Source: Sarea resinae (taxonomy: Eukaryota). From it: DNA of 64,000 bases. Shown in pieces: positions 11,876 to 24,873 of the stretch. The translations under genes were made by a program, and so were the position numbers. The stretch covers positions 186,001-250,000 of the forward strand of contig JAPEUD010000001.1 of assembly GCA_026026165.1 (NCBI GenBank). The letters run 5' to 3'. How positions within the stretch are numbered: position 1 is the first letter of the stretch; every line of letters begins with the position of its first letter. The notes below the pieces were generated by a model that saw only the letters and a list, made by a program, of their open reading frames with translations, did no database searches and was not told the origin of the DNA.

Positions 11876-14802
11876 GTTGACGAGGGGCACTGGTGGAGAA
11901 AGAGAAATACTGGTCGAGAGATGCTCACAGGAGAAAAGTTCGAGAGTGGTAGGGAGTATCGTGATTGCTTCCATGTATTTCGGGGGAGGCTTTCGGACAA
12001 TAAATAATAAAGCCAGAACGAGGGTCTTGGTCTGCGGGGGCAGCGGAGGGCTGTATTTATCAAGGCCGTCTCTGACCTGCGCACGTTGCATACAATACAT
12101 TGACACAACTCTACCTGAGCTACTACCACAAGCTGGCTGGCGGGCTGGCGGGCTGGCAGGCTCAGGTCGGTAGCTCGCTGACATGGAACCCTGTCCCGGG
12201 GCGCGCAGCACCACCAGTCCACCGGCGTGGGCAACCCATGCTCTCGCAGTCGGTCTGCATGGACTGCATCGACTGCATCGAGTGCGGTGGGTGTGCGTGG
12301 ATACAGCAGCGCCCTTGTTACCTTACCAGACCAGCCCAGGGATCTCGGGCGACGAGTACGCCGAGTACTCAGAGTACTCAGAGTACTTCGACTACATGGT
12401 CTACCAGCTCTGCTCAGAGTACAAGCGCTACACCGTCGACCACTAGTGTACCTCCAATACGCCCTGGAATGTGCAGGCAATGTCGATATCGAGTTTGGAG
12501 TATGCGGCGACCGGTCTGATCCAAGGGCCGCCGGATCAGTCATCCACTGTGACGCCGTTCGGACCGCTGGAGATCTGACCGGTGGATGCGACTCCTCTCT
12601 CGTCTCGCCTCTCCTCTCCCCTCTCCCCTCTCGCAAGGGCCAAGCGACGTGAGGTACCGGACAAGTCACGACTCACCCGATCGGGGAGAAAGCTTGCGGA
12701 GAGCCATCGGGCTGCTTTCAAAGCAGCATGGAATGTATTGGCACCTCTGACTCTCGCGCTCTCCCCATTCGCACTCTTCCGCTGAGCACGGAAGGCCGTG
12801 GAGTGGAAATGGAGGTGACGCTTGCATGTCGGGAATAAGTGCAAAGCCGACCCTATTCGAGGTAGTCGGGGGGTATCCAGCCGCCATGGGTACTTCCTCG
12901 TCTTGGCCGTGGTTGGTATGTGAAACGGTATATTTAGCAGTGAAGCTACTTGAGGGTCGTGGCCGGGCATGGTCAATAGGCAACTGAACCAAGCGGGCAG
13001 ACAAGATCGGGACAGCTCGGTGATAGTGTCGCCCGGTAGCTCCAAGTAGCCCTGAAAGTACCCTTGGGAGTCCTTTACCAAGCAAGCCGATCATTTATCA
13101 TGTGGAAACAGGCATGGGGAAGATACGATCCCATGTGGCAGCTCAGGTCAATGACAGTAGGGTACCAATCAATCCATCAATGCAGCCGACAAAGTACGAG
13201 ATACGTTGCCAGTGATGAGCGTCTCATCTGCGTCGTTGCCCGTTCACGTTCATCTAGATCCCTAACCGATAAATTCTCCATCATCATCGTCCGTCTTCGC
13301 TCCCAGGCTTCTCCTCGCCTGTCTTCCCTGCCATCACTCGTATAAGCGAGGCGCCGACAATAGAACTCGCGCTAAACTCTATTGCAAGGCTGCAGCTCTG
13401 TCGGCCTGCGCCTGTACCAATGGCATTGTGGGACAGGAGGCCCCATACACACGGGTTGGTGTCGTCGAAGATCTTGCCTCTTCCTGGTAGCAGTCGCGAG
13501 GGCAGAGCAAGCTACGAAGGAAGTACTTTGTACTGTACACACTCCGGACGGTTCGAAACGGGAATCACCAACACAGAACCACCCGAGAGAAGACAGAGGA
13601 GGCAGAGCGCCGACAGACGTACGCGTACGCATGAGACTCGGAAGCAACCATCCATCGAGGCTGTGTTCTGCGCGTCGACGACTATCTGCATGAGCGGCAA
13701 GCAACGGGAGTCGACGGGCATCGAGGTGCGTAAGGCGTGCCCTGTGAAAGCGAGGAGCATCATACGCAGAGTAGTACTATGTAGTCCGTACTCCGTAGAG
13801 CTCTGTACAAAGGACGGGGCGCAATCCCTGTCGGAATCTGAGCGAGCGTCATTTCCAAATTCGCTCGCCTTTCATATCCCAGAAATTCCATCGTCGAGCC
13901 CTAGGCTGTACTCATAGTAGTATGCTTGCGCAACCGTCGTCCCCATGAGGAACGCGTTGCGATTGGGGTCCAGTCGGTCTTGGGGGCAAGCGGGTTGGGG
14001 GCGCCATGGCCCGTGACGCGGGATCGGCCTGATACTCGTACCGACTCTGGCGACCCACCACCGTCCCCCGCCCACCGCCTTAGGCAGCAACCAAACCAAC
14101 GCCAATACCAAGCACCAACATGCCCCTCCGGCGAACAAGTGGTGTCGGAAAGAGTCATAACCACCACCTGCCCTGCCTTGGCGGCTTAAATGAAGGGACC
14201 GCACTGCGTACCTCCATACATTCCTGTATTAGAAATCACGATCCAATCATCCAGGTAGTTTCCAGACGGATTTGTATTCCCCCAATGCTTAGCTAGATGC
14301 ACTATGCGACAAGGCAATCTTAGCGTTTCATCTCCTCGTGCGGGAAGCAGGCCAAAGGACGGCTAAAGACGAAGCTTTCCTGTCCATGAGGTGGTTTCGA
14401 CAAGGTACAGAGTACAGAGAGGTAGGAACTGGACGAGCGAGGAACCTTCGGATCGTGACCTCGTACTACGTTTTGCCTCATTCATCGATGTATTCTCCGT
14501 ATCAATCTTATCAAGCGTGCTGGGGGACTACCTTCGGATACAAGCGCCCTACGATCAATTATTCCCGCATTTGGATCTCCAATCTTAATCCAGCCTCCGC
14601 CCCTCGTCTACCACATGCGAGGAGACGGAGGGTGGGGAAGGAGCACGCACATGGCTGCTGTGACTCCTACACCCTGGCCTAGCAAGTACGTCGGCAAACC
14701 TAAAGTGTTTACAGACCCAACAAGGCGCCGTACCTGATAGTATGATAGTACCTACGTACGGTAGGACCTGACAATTACATTATCACTAATCCACCTGCGC
14801 CT

Positions 14803-14847
14803 TCCGCCTTCCGCCATCCGCCATCCGCCATCCGCCATCCGCCATCC
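14803..14847. repeat. (TCCGCCA)~6 heptamer tandem repeat
   Basis: Directly visible tandem array. Confidence 0.9.
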
Positions 14848-15344
14848 TGCGCCTTCGCTGCCAAGCACCCCAAGATACGGAATTCTCCAAGATGCTCTGT
14901 CGCGGCTCGCTAATCCCATGGCTTGCTCGCCTATGCGCAAGTCCAGTCTTGGCCGCTTCGAGTAAGCTGCTTCGTGCTTACTTATCCAGATGGAAAGCTT
15001 GAATCCCCTCCTTTGCTACCTAGTATCATCATAATCATCATGCTCTTGAGTAGTAATCCGGAGTGGCCGAACAGAGGCAACACGACGCCTTCATTTTCGA
15101 CGAAGCGGTCTGTCAGACCCCAGGTTCTGAGGTACAATGGGAGTACTTGCCCTCTACTACGGAGTAGTCCCCGACCGTGCTGGAGCTTTCGAGATGAAAG
15201 CTAAGCTTCCACGCGTTGGTTTCGAATACTAGTGCAGTCGCTTCATGCAGCTGCTTGGTAAGAACGCGTAAGGGAGGTTCCTCCTTTCGCCGTCTATATC
15301 CGAGGCCAGCACCGACCCTAACTCCGCGAGGCGTGCCCCCCGGA

Positions 15345-15376
15345 CACCGGTCACCGGTCACCGGTCGCCGGTCACC
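15345..15376. repeat. (CACCGGT)~4.5 heptamer repeat with palindromic ACCGGT core
   Basis: caccggtcaccggtcaccggtcgccggtcacc. Confidence 0.85.
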
Positions 15377-18300
15377 TAACGGCCGCCCAACGGCTAAGGC
15401 CAGCCCTACCTTGTCTACCTAGGTAGGTAACTTGATCTTCCATCTTCTGCTCTATCTCTATCAATGACTGGAAGGTACCTCGATGTACTTTGTAGAGGAG
15501 TGATCTATGATTTTTGAATCCTTGACCGCCGATTGATTTCATCACTCAATGAATCATTTCGTCGAGTTCTTCTCGATCCATTATCACTCGCAAGGCGGTT
15601 CCCTCACGAGAAATCGAGTACGGACGTAAGAGACGGAGCTCCCGAGGGCACACGCCATCTCAGGTGTTAGACTCATCAGATACGCGCGGGTGATCCTCTG
15701 ATCGACATCGGCTTAGCACCGTGTCCCGCCCACTGGGCTCTCATTATGGCCTCAGCGGACTTTCGGTCATAAGCGATCGAAAGTCCAATGCGCTATCTTA
15801 CAAAGCAGCCTTGGAAGAGCAAGATCGTTATGACATCGGCTCAAACTAACAGACCAAAGCAAGGGATCGTTGAAATAGTCTTCAGCTGTTGACCACACCC
15901 TCGGAAATCTTCACGCGAGGAACCGTGACGGATTTGAGCTGTAGTCTCGCACCCCGTGGTACTGCGATCTGAATTTGCTGTCTCTGTCATGTTCAGCACT
16001 ATTCCATGACGCTGTCATTTGTCAGGCACCGCTGGAATCCAGATCCGGAAAGTCCAGCAAGATAGCTTTCATGATTACTTGACTTCTTTGCATGGTATCG
16101 CCCATGCCTGCTCAACTTCAGTAGCAGGGTTCTTGGGCTTGGGTGTTGGCAGTGTACTGCGTAAGGGTCCGAAACTCGAGATTGCTGCGCTGTATATCGG
16201 GCGTACACCAGTACATCTCTAAAAGGGGGAGACAGGACTTCGCCCTTCCCGATTCTACATAGCTCATTTACCCCCGTGATCCAATTACTAGGCATCGTAT
16301 CTTCTCGAGCTCAGAGCATAGTCGCAAAGTGAAATGGAATGCAGACGGCCAGCTGCGAAAGAGATATCGCCTAGGATGTTGTTTCGACGCTGGCAGGTTT
16401 GGTTGCTGGATCCGGAGTTGTGCTAGTCGCGCTACCCACGAGTAGGAGTAAGGCAGGTAAGGTCAGGTAGGTACTCCGCCATCCTTGATATGGATCTAGC
16501 CTGGCTCGCCTCGAGCATCTCCAAAACGTGGCATCTCGCCTACAAGCTGGCTTCAGAGAGCTCCCGGGTTTGGGGTGTGATGTTCTGATGCTTCGCTCTT
16601 CGCGCCATCTCGCGCCGGGGAACCTCAAGGCAGAGCCACATTCTGCCCCAAGGCCACAATGAGCGCTAACATTCAGAGAGTATGCCAAATGAACATCACA
16701 GGATCCCAGATCGGCTCTTGCCCTGATCGGCCCGTCTAATATGATGGGATGGCGTCCTCGCTAGCACTCCTTGGTGCTTCTCTCGGTCCTCAAATAGAGC
16801 AACAGAGAGGCTTGCGGCCCGACTCAAGTTCATTTGCGAACAGGGCCGTCTTCAGGCTGTCATGATAAGATAGACTATTGCGTATGATCTGTGGTTTCGA
16901 GATTGCTACTGTCAAGTGCTGTTTGTTGATCAGGGAAATGCATTACTGGAGAGGTTGGCAAAACGATACTACTCCATTCTCCACATTTCAGTCCACGCGA
17001 AACCTAGTGCCAACAGGGCGGGGAATCGGGAGGCTGAACTACCTTCATGTCTGTCCTAAGACCCAACACGAGTAGACGCGATTCATCTACAACCAACAAA
17101 ACCGGCCAAATCTGTCACGCTTCAAGGTTTCTATGGCGCTGGGTCTTGTTAGTACTCGAGAGACGGCTCTTAGCCCATATGCGGACTGCTTCGAGATCTC
17201 TTATCTATCCAACCACACACCTCCCTCTGTTAGCTAGAATACTTCGTTCCTTTAATCGTGGCTACCTCTTAGCCAACTGACTCCCTTGAAAGCAAGCCAT
17301 CCAGCTTTGCTCTGGGCTATTTCGCCTTAGCATGGTTGATCAATTTAGCTCTAGATGCGCTCGGAAACGATTCAGCCTATATTATACCCTCCTGCGATTT
17401 CCAGATTTACACTCCAGCGTGAATCATGCAGCTATGTGTTTTGGCACGACGAGAAATCACAGCCTGTAAATCTTGACGTGAATCATGTACGAAGTGCATC
17501 TCTAAGCTTCGGCCATTACAAAGAACACTAACACTCTTCGACAACGCAGGCTATGTTCGTGATTAGATTTACAGCTGATCCACAATTTTAGCCTCAAGGT
17601 GCAATCCAGTCATTTCTTCCCTTAGTCTTCCTCAGCTCTTAAGAGATCCGATAATAGAACTCGATTTCTGGCAAATTCCCCGACTAGCTTGTTGAGCAGG
17701 GCTTCGCTACTGCTGTACCCATCCCATACCTTCAAGCGAATCAACGCTGTCAGGGTCGTCCTTAATGGCCGTAAGTTCATGTAGACCGACAACATGAATA
17801 TGAGATGCCTATGCGTCCAAGGAGCGAGTATACGCCCTTGCCTCAACCTCGGAGAAGACCGAAAGCCTTACGCCTTGCATGGCGTAGAACACCGTTGACT
17901 TTGAGATACTGTCTCAAGGCTTTTTTACTTGAATGATAGAATCGGTACACTGGATACTTCGGGTTTACTCGAAGCCTTGGGCTAGTATGATACAAAACAT
18001 CGCGTTCCACAGGAATTGGAGGCCGTGATCCTCCTTGGTTGAAATCTTATCACGATCTCCACCATGTCGGAGCCCGCTGCACTGGCAGACAAGTTCTCGT
18101 GAGGATTTGACTCACCGTCCACTGCCGTCTGAAACTGGTCATATCTAGGCATCAATGATGGCAGGCTGCGGCTCCAGATTCGGGCATCTCACGTTTGCAT
18201 CGGCGATGGACGTTCGATGAGATTCCTGCGTTGGCAGCAATTAATTAATCATCTACACGATGATGCAAGTGTCTTGTCCTGCTGCAATATGGACTCGACC

Positions 18301-21300
18301 CGATCTACTGGGTCTCAGCCCTGCGGTAGAGTAAGTTGCAGTCCTACACAAGCTACGCTTCCTCGCACGAAAAGACCTTTCCAGACCATACACCGCAGAG
18401 CTGCATCTGGATTCATCTCAATTTCGGCGCCGTTGTGCTGTGGTGCGCTGCACTGCAGACTGACGTTCCCAGAAGACCCTCCCGAGCGGGCGTTATGCCT
18501 TAGAGAGGGGTTGCCTTGCAGAGGCGACCCCGTGCACCAGAGGTGTTTTCACGGTCGAAAGAGTCGACTCTTTCGTGCAACGCGAACCATAGGATACTGG
18601 TGATCGACCCCCCAAACTTTAAGCAGATTAGGTTGTGGCAGGCAACCATCATGACCGCCTTTGTGTCGAGTCCCGCTCTCTGAGGTTGAGAGATCTCGTA
18701 GGGCTGAGGCGGTCAAGGGCCTCGCTCAGACCCCGGTCCGTCAATTCGTAGCTGCGGAGAGAAGGTACCGCCGGTCTGGCTAACCCCCCAATTCGTGAAC
18801 AGACAATCTGTGCAAAGACGGTCGTAGTTGATCCAATGAATGATCGGGGTTAGCCAATGCCTCGGGAGCAAAACATTTTGATATCGATCCGACCAGGATT
18901 ATCCATCTCCTCTGCCACTTGAGCAGATACGTCCGTATATTCGTGCCACCGTAGCGCTCGCAACCCAAGTAGCCTGCTACCTACCTGCTCTATGCTACCG
19001 TCTCATTTTCCCCGTCCATCGACCGCAGTCCTCTGTAGCCACCAGAGACGACAGGCAGACAAGCAAACAAGCTTGGAAGATGGGTCGGGTCGACGAAACA
19101 GCCTCCAATCTGCCAAGAGTTGCTGTCACCCGAGGGGACCTCACCGCCTGTCCCTTTTACTTGCCTTCATGCATCTCGCCTGTCCTACTCCATCCACCAA
19201 GGATCGACGAATACATTCCTCGAGCCGCACAATAACCCCACAAGTCCGCGACGCTCTTGCTTTGCAGCCAGGATGATGAATACTACGTACACTACTATGT
19301 ACGTCTCCGGCACCAGGATGGTTGTCCCTGGGAGAAGCTCCGAACTGGATCTTCGCTCGCTTCCTATTGGGAGGAGTACCGGTCCGATAATCAAACGCCC
19401 GACCAACGGGCCGAGATATAGATCGCAACACAGTACATCAAATACCAATAGGTACCTGCCTGTGGAGGCATACGTACGCCGTCGGCCGCAGTTGGTAGTA
19501 TTCGTAAGGTAGTTGGGGCAGAACCTGGAAGAAGACCTCAGGCTACCTTCAAGACACCTTGAGCGACTCGAGTACGAATACGGAGGAGTCGAATACGCCG
19601 CCAGAGCAATCGAGGAGAAGGGCATCGAGAGCGAGGACCACAGCCCTATGGCAGAGAAGGGCGTCTCCCACAGGAGTAGAGACAAGCGAGATGGCAGAGC
19701 GGGCACGAAGTACCTGCAAGTACATTGCTCGAACCTTATTAGGCGTCCATGGATTCCAGCAATCTTCCAAGCATCAAGCCAACACCCCCCTATCCACGAC
19801 CACGACACGGTTACGAACGAGTCCAATCAGCCCCCCCAGCACCGTCATGTCAACCTGCAGAAGGGGTAAGAACCTTGAAGGACAGACTTGACCCCATTCG
19901 ACCATCTCGTGCATCGCATCGTGCAGGCAGGCGCATGTGCATGCAGGTCGCTTTGTCAGAAGTCCAGGGGGAGTGGCATTAGGGGCAGACGGCAGGGAAC
20001 TCTATTATTGAGCAGCATCGCGCTAACAAAGTAGATCCTGATGGATGATTTGATATCGTCGAGACAGAAACAACAAATTCATTTCCTGCCTCGATGCGAC
20101 CACCTTCGTTCCACCATTGGCGTCGATGGCCTCTAGCTATCGACGGAGTGCTCCGTACGAAAAGCGATGGGAGGATTGTGGACGTCGAGGTTGGTTTGCT
20201 AGCTCGGCCAGGATGTGGGCATCTACGCCTGGTCAGTGGGATCACGAAGCACCAAGGAGCACATGGCCTGCGAGCACGTCCTAGTGGCTGATCTACGATT
20301 CGATACAGTCTGGATGGCTCTCGTTTGCCCACAGGTCGTCCGTACGGAGAGTATCCTCAATGCGAATCTACTGACCATCTTCATGCCAGACTGATCCATT
20401 CTCTGACGTATCAGCTCAACACGATCAGCCCGGAAATTCTCTCGTCGTCTTCGGCGGCCCTGAGGGCGCGCATCGAGTCTTGTTGGCCTTCTTCCTCGCT
20501 CGCTTGGCATCGTTACGATTCGCTTCCAGCGTGCAAGCCTTCGCTACGCTCGCTTCGCCTCGAGAAGGGCGCCGCGCGGAGCGATCGGTGCGGGTTTGAT
20601 CGGGACGCTGACTGTGCGGCTGCGCTTGGTATCCCAATTTCCCAAGCTACTTGTGCCTAACCTGCTCAATACTAGAGGGTCCCCACTCTGCCGCCATAGC
20701 CACGATATGTGATGTATGGGCTTTTCGCTAGTAGGTCGATCTTCGACGACCAATCTTCTCTACCAAGAGTACTACGGAGTATTCGTAGACTGGTGGGAAT
20801 AAGGCAGCACGCGCGCACTTTTGGCTCGAGGCTGTCTCAACATGACCAAATCACCCAACTCTAGTTTGGCCCATACCAATATGATCTACCTGATCCGCCA
20901 TACTGCCACTGACCTCCTACGCAGCTTCATTTCTGGAGCGCGCGCACATGGACGACCAGGAACTCATTCCGAGGACCGCCTATCTCTTCCCCCCCACTCT
21001 CTCTAGCTTCTCGATTACGGTCCATCTATCAATCGCGTGCTACGCTGGTGCCAGGGCAGGCCGGGAGGGAGGTAGAGGCGCTTAGGGCTTCGGGCCACGC
21101 GCGCGCGCCCATGTAACTTCGTACTCGTCTGAGGCCACCTTTAGCCAGGCCGGCCGCCTTTAGGCGTTCGATAGGCGTTCCCGAGCGGAAGTCCCGAGAG
21201 AGAGAAAGAGAGGGGTTCGTTGCAGAGGGCAGAGCAGATGCGATTGCGAATCGGGAGCTGAGGGGAAAGCTCAGTGCGGACGAGGAGATGACTCGATGCG

Positions 21301-21609
21301 GTGACGACAATCAATCAATGGCTTGGCTTGCCTTGCGCCTGTGTGTGATCGAACGCTGCTCGCGGGTTGGCAGTCGGAAGCAAGCATGTTTGTGGAGAAG
21401 GGCTTCGGATCGGCCGGGTTGAGAAGATGCCCATTTCGTGTAAGGTGTCCTGTCTATCCTATCTAGTTGTGGTCATGTGGGATATCGCCACCTGGACGTC
21501 GAGGAGATAGGGGGATCGAGTCTGCCGTGGGACTGACTTGACGATGATATTGGTTTGACGACCTATCTGCTGGCCGAGACTGTATAGTACTGCATTGGCA
21601 ACAACATCT

Positions 21610-22183
21610 CTTGCGCTCTTAGAAGGCGAACAAACGGTAGAAAGAGAGCAAGCGGTAGAAAGGAAGCAAGCAGATATAAGACTGCTTGCTATAGTGATCC
21701 TAGTATTAGCTACAGTGTTATTGTTAGCCCTGCTACTCTATTCACTAGATATATAGCTAGCTAGAGCAATTCTCCTCTTAGTATCTCTTGTATTCTTATA
21801 TATAATAAGGAGAATAATTCTATAAGTAAAGGTAGCCTATATATTCTCTCTATTCTATTCTATCTGTCCTCTTTTTTCTCTCTTTCTACCTTTCTACCTA
21901 TTTCTCTTCTCTCTTCTCTCTCTCTATCTTTCTCTCTCTCTTTTCTTCTTACTTTCTTATCTATAACTATATCTATATCTTTATAATATCTATCCTAAGT
22001 TGACTTAACATCTACTAAAGAAAATAAGAAAGAAAAATAAAAGGATTTTCTACCTTAACTTTTTCTTTTGTCCTTATATTTTAGTAATAGCTAGAGAAAA
22101 GAGAGAAGAGAAGGGTTTTAATTACACTTAGTGTTTTAATATATAAGTGTATAAGTGTCTTCTAAAGTCTCTTAATACTCTCT

Positions 22184-22224
<41 letters not shown>

Positions 22225-22989
22225 TTTACCTTTTCTCTTTCTATAAGGTGCGCTGCGCTATATAGTAGGCAAATAGGTATAGCCTAGACGAGCTAGGTTA
22301 TAGTAGTCTTTTAGCGCATGTAGGAACAGGTTTGCCTATTTACTAGTCCTTACACTTTCTCTTTCTCTTTTTATTTTCTTCTTTTTCTTCTATTTAGATA
22401 ACACCTCTACTCTCTTCTACTCTCTTCTACTCTATTCTACTATACTCTACTATACTCTAACTTAAACTCTAAACCTCTTTATTCTCTCTCTCTATTCTCT
22501 TTCTCTTTCTCTCTCTCTACACTAAATATAGACCTTTAACTTCTCTCTAACTTAATCTTATCTCTCTCTTCTTACTAGCTCCTTTACTCTCTAGCCACCT
22601 CCTATAAACTCTATAAAGATAGACTAAGTAAAATAGGCACACCTATTCTTACCTTATATAAGCTACCTTATCTAAAAAAAAAGAAAGACTAATCTAGCCT
22701 ACTTTACCTAGGTAGGTAGGTAGCTTATCTAGGCTAGGCTGTACTTGTTTTGTTTTGCTTACTAGATAGGAGCGCGCTTTGTATTACCTCTTTTTCCTTC
22801 TTCTTCTTCTCTAGAAGTTTCTTAAGAAGAAAGAGGCTTAGAGAGTCTAGATAGAGAAAGAGTTAGAAAAGAGAAGGAAAGATTAAGAAGAGAGGTAGAA
22901 GAGAGTTAGATATTAGTAGAGGTAGAGGTAGATGTGTACTTAGAGGGTTTTCTTAGAGGATAATAGTAGAGAGGTAGAAAGATAATAAA

Positions 22990-23031
<42 letters not shown>

Positions 23032-23440
23032 AAGTAAGTAGATAGGTATAGAAGAGGTAAGTAGGTAGGTAAGTAGGTAGGTAGGTAGATATAAGAGAGA
23101 GAGAGAGATATTAAAAAGGTATTTAGGTAGATAGAAGAGAGGATAAGACTAGAATTATATAATATAATGTGATCTTATATAGTATAGTAAACTTTACTCT
23201 ATGTTTCTTCTGATTAGGTTTGTTTCTGCTTAGAGGTAGTAGGTAGTAGGTAGTAGTAGCTTGTAGAAGAGAGGAGAGAAAGTAACAAGTAATGTAGAAG
23301 ATAGAGAGAAGATAGAGAGGAGAGAAGAAGAGCGAGAAGAGCGAAAAGAAGAGAAGAGCGAGGAGAAAGAAAGAGAGAAAGGAGAAGAGAGAAAAAAAGG
23401 ACAGCAAAGAGATATAATATAATAGTCTTTGAAATTAGGG
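21610..23440. repeat. AT-rich, TpA-rich island with RIP-like signature, built largely of simple repeats
   Basis: Abrupt GC drop, many TA dinucleotides and stops, near absence of TCA/CCA/TCG/CCG and their complements; contains (CTATCTCTCT)n near 22185-22223, (CTACTCTCTT)n near 22407-22458, (GA)n near 22996-23027, (GGTA)n. Confidence 0.85.
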
Positions 23441-23724
23441 CACTAGAACAAAGCCGAAGCAGCACAGCACATGGTTATACGGATTCTGAATACGCAGTCC
23501 GGACATCGAGAAGAGAACAACAACAAAAACAAAGAGGACGACGAGAACGAAAGCACATCAAGCATCAAGCATCAAGCCAGGCCAGGCCGAGCCACCGAAA
23601 CAAGCAGGCAAGCAGGCAAGCAGCCCAGCCGGTTCGCAGCAAGACCTCCCCGCCCCCCTCGACCCCAACACACATAGACACTCTCGTGAACTGAGCCCCC
23701 GTCCCATCATCCCGATAAACGGAA

Positions 23725-24873
23725 CTATCCGCCCTCCTTGACCCCGTTCGTATCCATCGGACTCCCACCGCCACCAGTCCCCTGCTGTCTCCTTCTCCTG
23801 ATCGGCGCCTTCTTCCTCCGCTCGACTGCGCCCTCGGCCTCGGCCGCTGCCGCTCCACCGCCCTCTTCCATCTCCTCGTCGCCATCCTCGTCCTCTCCGT
23901 CCTCGCCACTATCCATATGAAACAGCCTCCACTCATCCAGCTCGTTCATATCGGCCGGTCGGTCCCTGAGCCACCTCATGCGGGGCCCGCTCCGTGCCCG
24001 CTCGCTCACCCTGAACCCGTATATCCGCGGCTCGTACACTTTACCCTGGCCCAAGCCGGGGGCAAGATTCGACGTCAGCACACCGTTCACATTGAGAGGC
24101 TGCCCCGGCGGCGGTGCGGATGGCACGGAACCTGCTGGAAGTGCATTAGAAAGATCCGAGCGCGGAGGAGGGGCAGTAGTAGAAGAAGAGTGATGCTGGT
24201 CAGGCCGGGGCACGGGTAGGACAGACAGACCATCTGCGCGAGCGCCGACGTCGATTTCTGGGAACGTCATGAAGAAGAGACAGCCGAACGTGGTGCCAAA
24301 AAAGGCTCCATCGACTGATTGGAATCGGCTGTTGGGTGGCGTGTAGACGTCGAGGCACGACGGACAGAATAACTTGACGGTTTCCTGGCCGGGCGTGTCG
24401 CTGCAGCCGACGGGCAGGACTCGGCAACCGTTGCAGTAGACGCGCGGGCAGACGCCAAAGTGTTGAAGTTCGTACTTCTCGGCCATTTGCTGGATGCCTG
24501 GTCGAGAGGTGATGTAGCGTTGGTGGATGAGGCCGTAGAGGAGCTCGGCGGACGATTCGATGACGCTGAGGTCGCTCGCGACGCGGGCATGGCGACGCTC
24601 GCTGGCTCGACGATAGCCACCGGGCCGGTCGTCGCCCAGCCCTTCATCCTCGTCATCGTCATCGTCGTCATCTTCCTCGTCGTCCTCGTCCTCGGGCTCG
24701 ACGTCAAGGATCATCTCCAACGCCTCCTTGTACATGGGCACCTGTGACGACAGCCCCGTCAGGTTGAAGTCATCCTCTATAAAGTCCTCAGAAACCTCCG
24801 CAAAGTATTCATGGCCAAGCAGCGAGCAGAATGACGTGATCCACGACTCGGGCGCGGGCGAGGACGAAGACAT
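23725..24873 (-). CDS. CKB1: Casein kinase II regulatory subunit beta (CKB1 type), intronless, 382 aa
   Basis: MSSSS..ESWITSFCSLLGHEYFAEVSEDFIEDDFNLTGL, acidic loop, SAELLYGLIHQRYI, zinc finger CPRVYC..CPSC, DGAFFGTTF, YEPRIYGFRV. Confidence 0.95.
   Translation of the reverse strand: MSSSSPAPESWITSFCSLLGHEYFAEVSEDFIEDDFNLTGLSSQVPMYKEALEMILDVEPEDEDDEEDDDDDDDEDEGLGDDRPGGYRRASERRHARVASDLSVIESSAELLYGLIHQRYITSRPGIQQMAEKYELQHFGVCPRVYCNGCRVLPVGCSDTPGQETVKLFCPSCLDVYTPPNSRFQSVDGAFFGTTFGCLFFMTFPEIDVGARADGLSVLPVPRPDQHHSSSTTAPPPRSDLSNALPAGSVPSAPPPGQPLNVNGVLTSNLAPGLGQGKVYEPRIYGFRVSERARSGPRMRWLRDRPADMNELDEWRLFHMDSGEDGEDEDGDEEMEEGGGAAAAEAEGAVERRKKAPIRRRRQQGTGGGGSPMDTNGVKEGG

Noticed and set aside
11671..12669. 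332-aa minus-strand ORF overlapping the bZIP 5' region
   Set aside because: Arg/Pro/Ser-rich translation of GC-rich promoter DNA with GAGTAC repeats, in a different frame from the bZIP domain
17280..18200. Possible decayed gene or transposon relic in the gene-free region
   Set aside because: Only short frames with no recognisable motif; needs BLASTX, not supportable by eye
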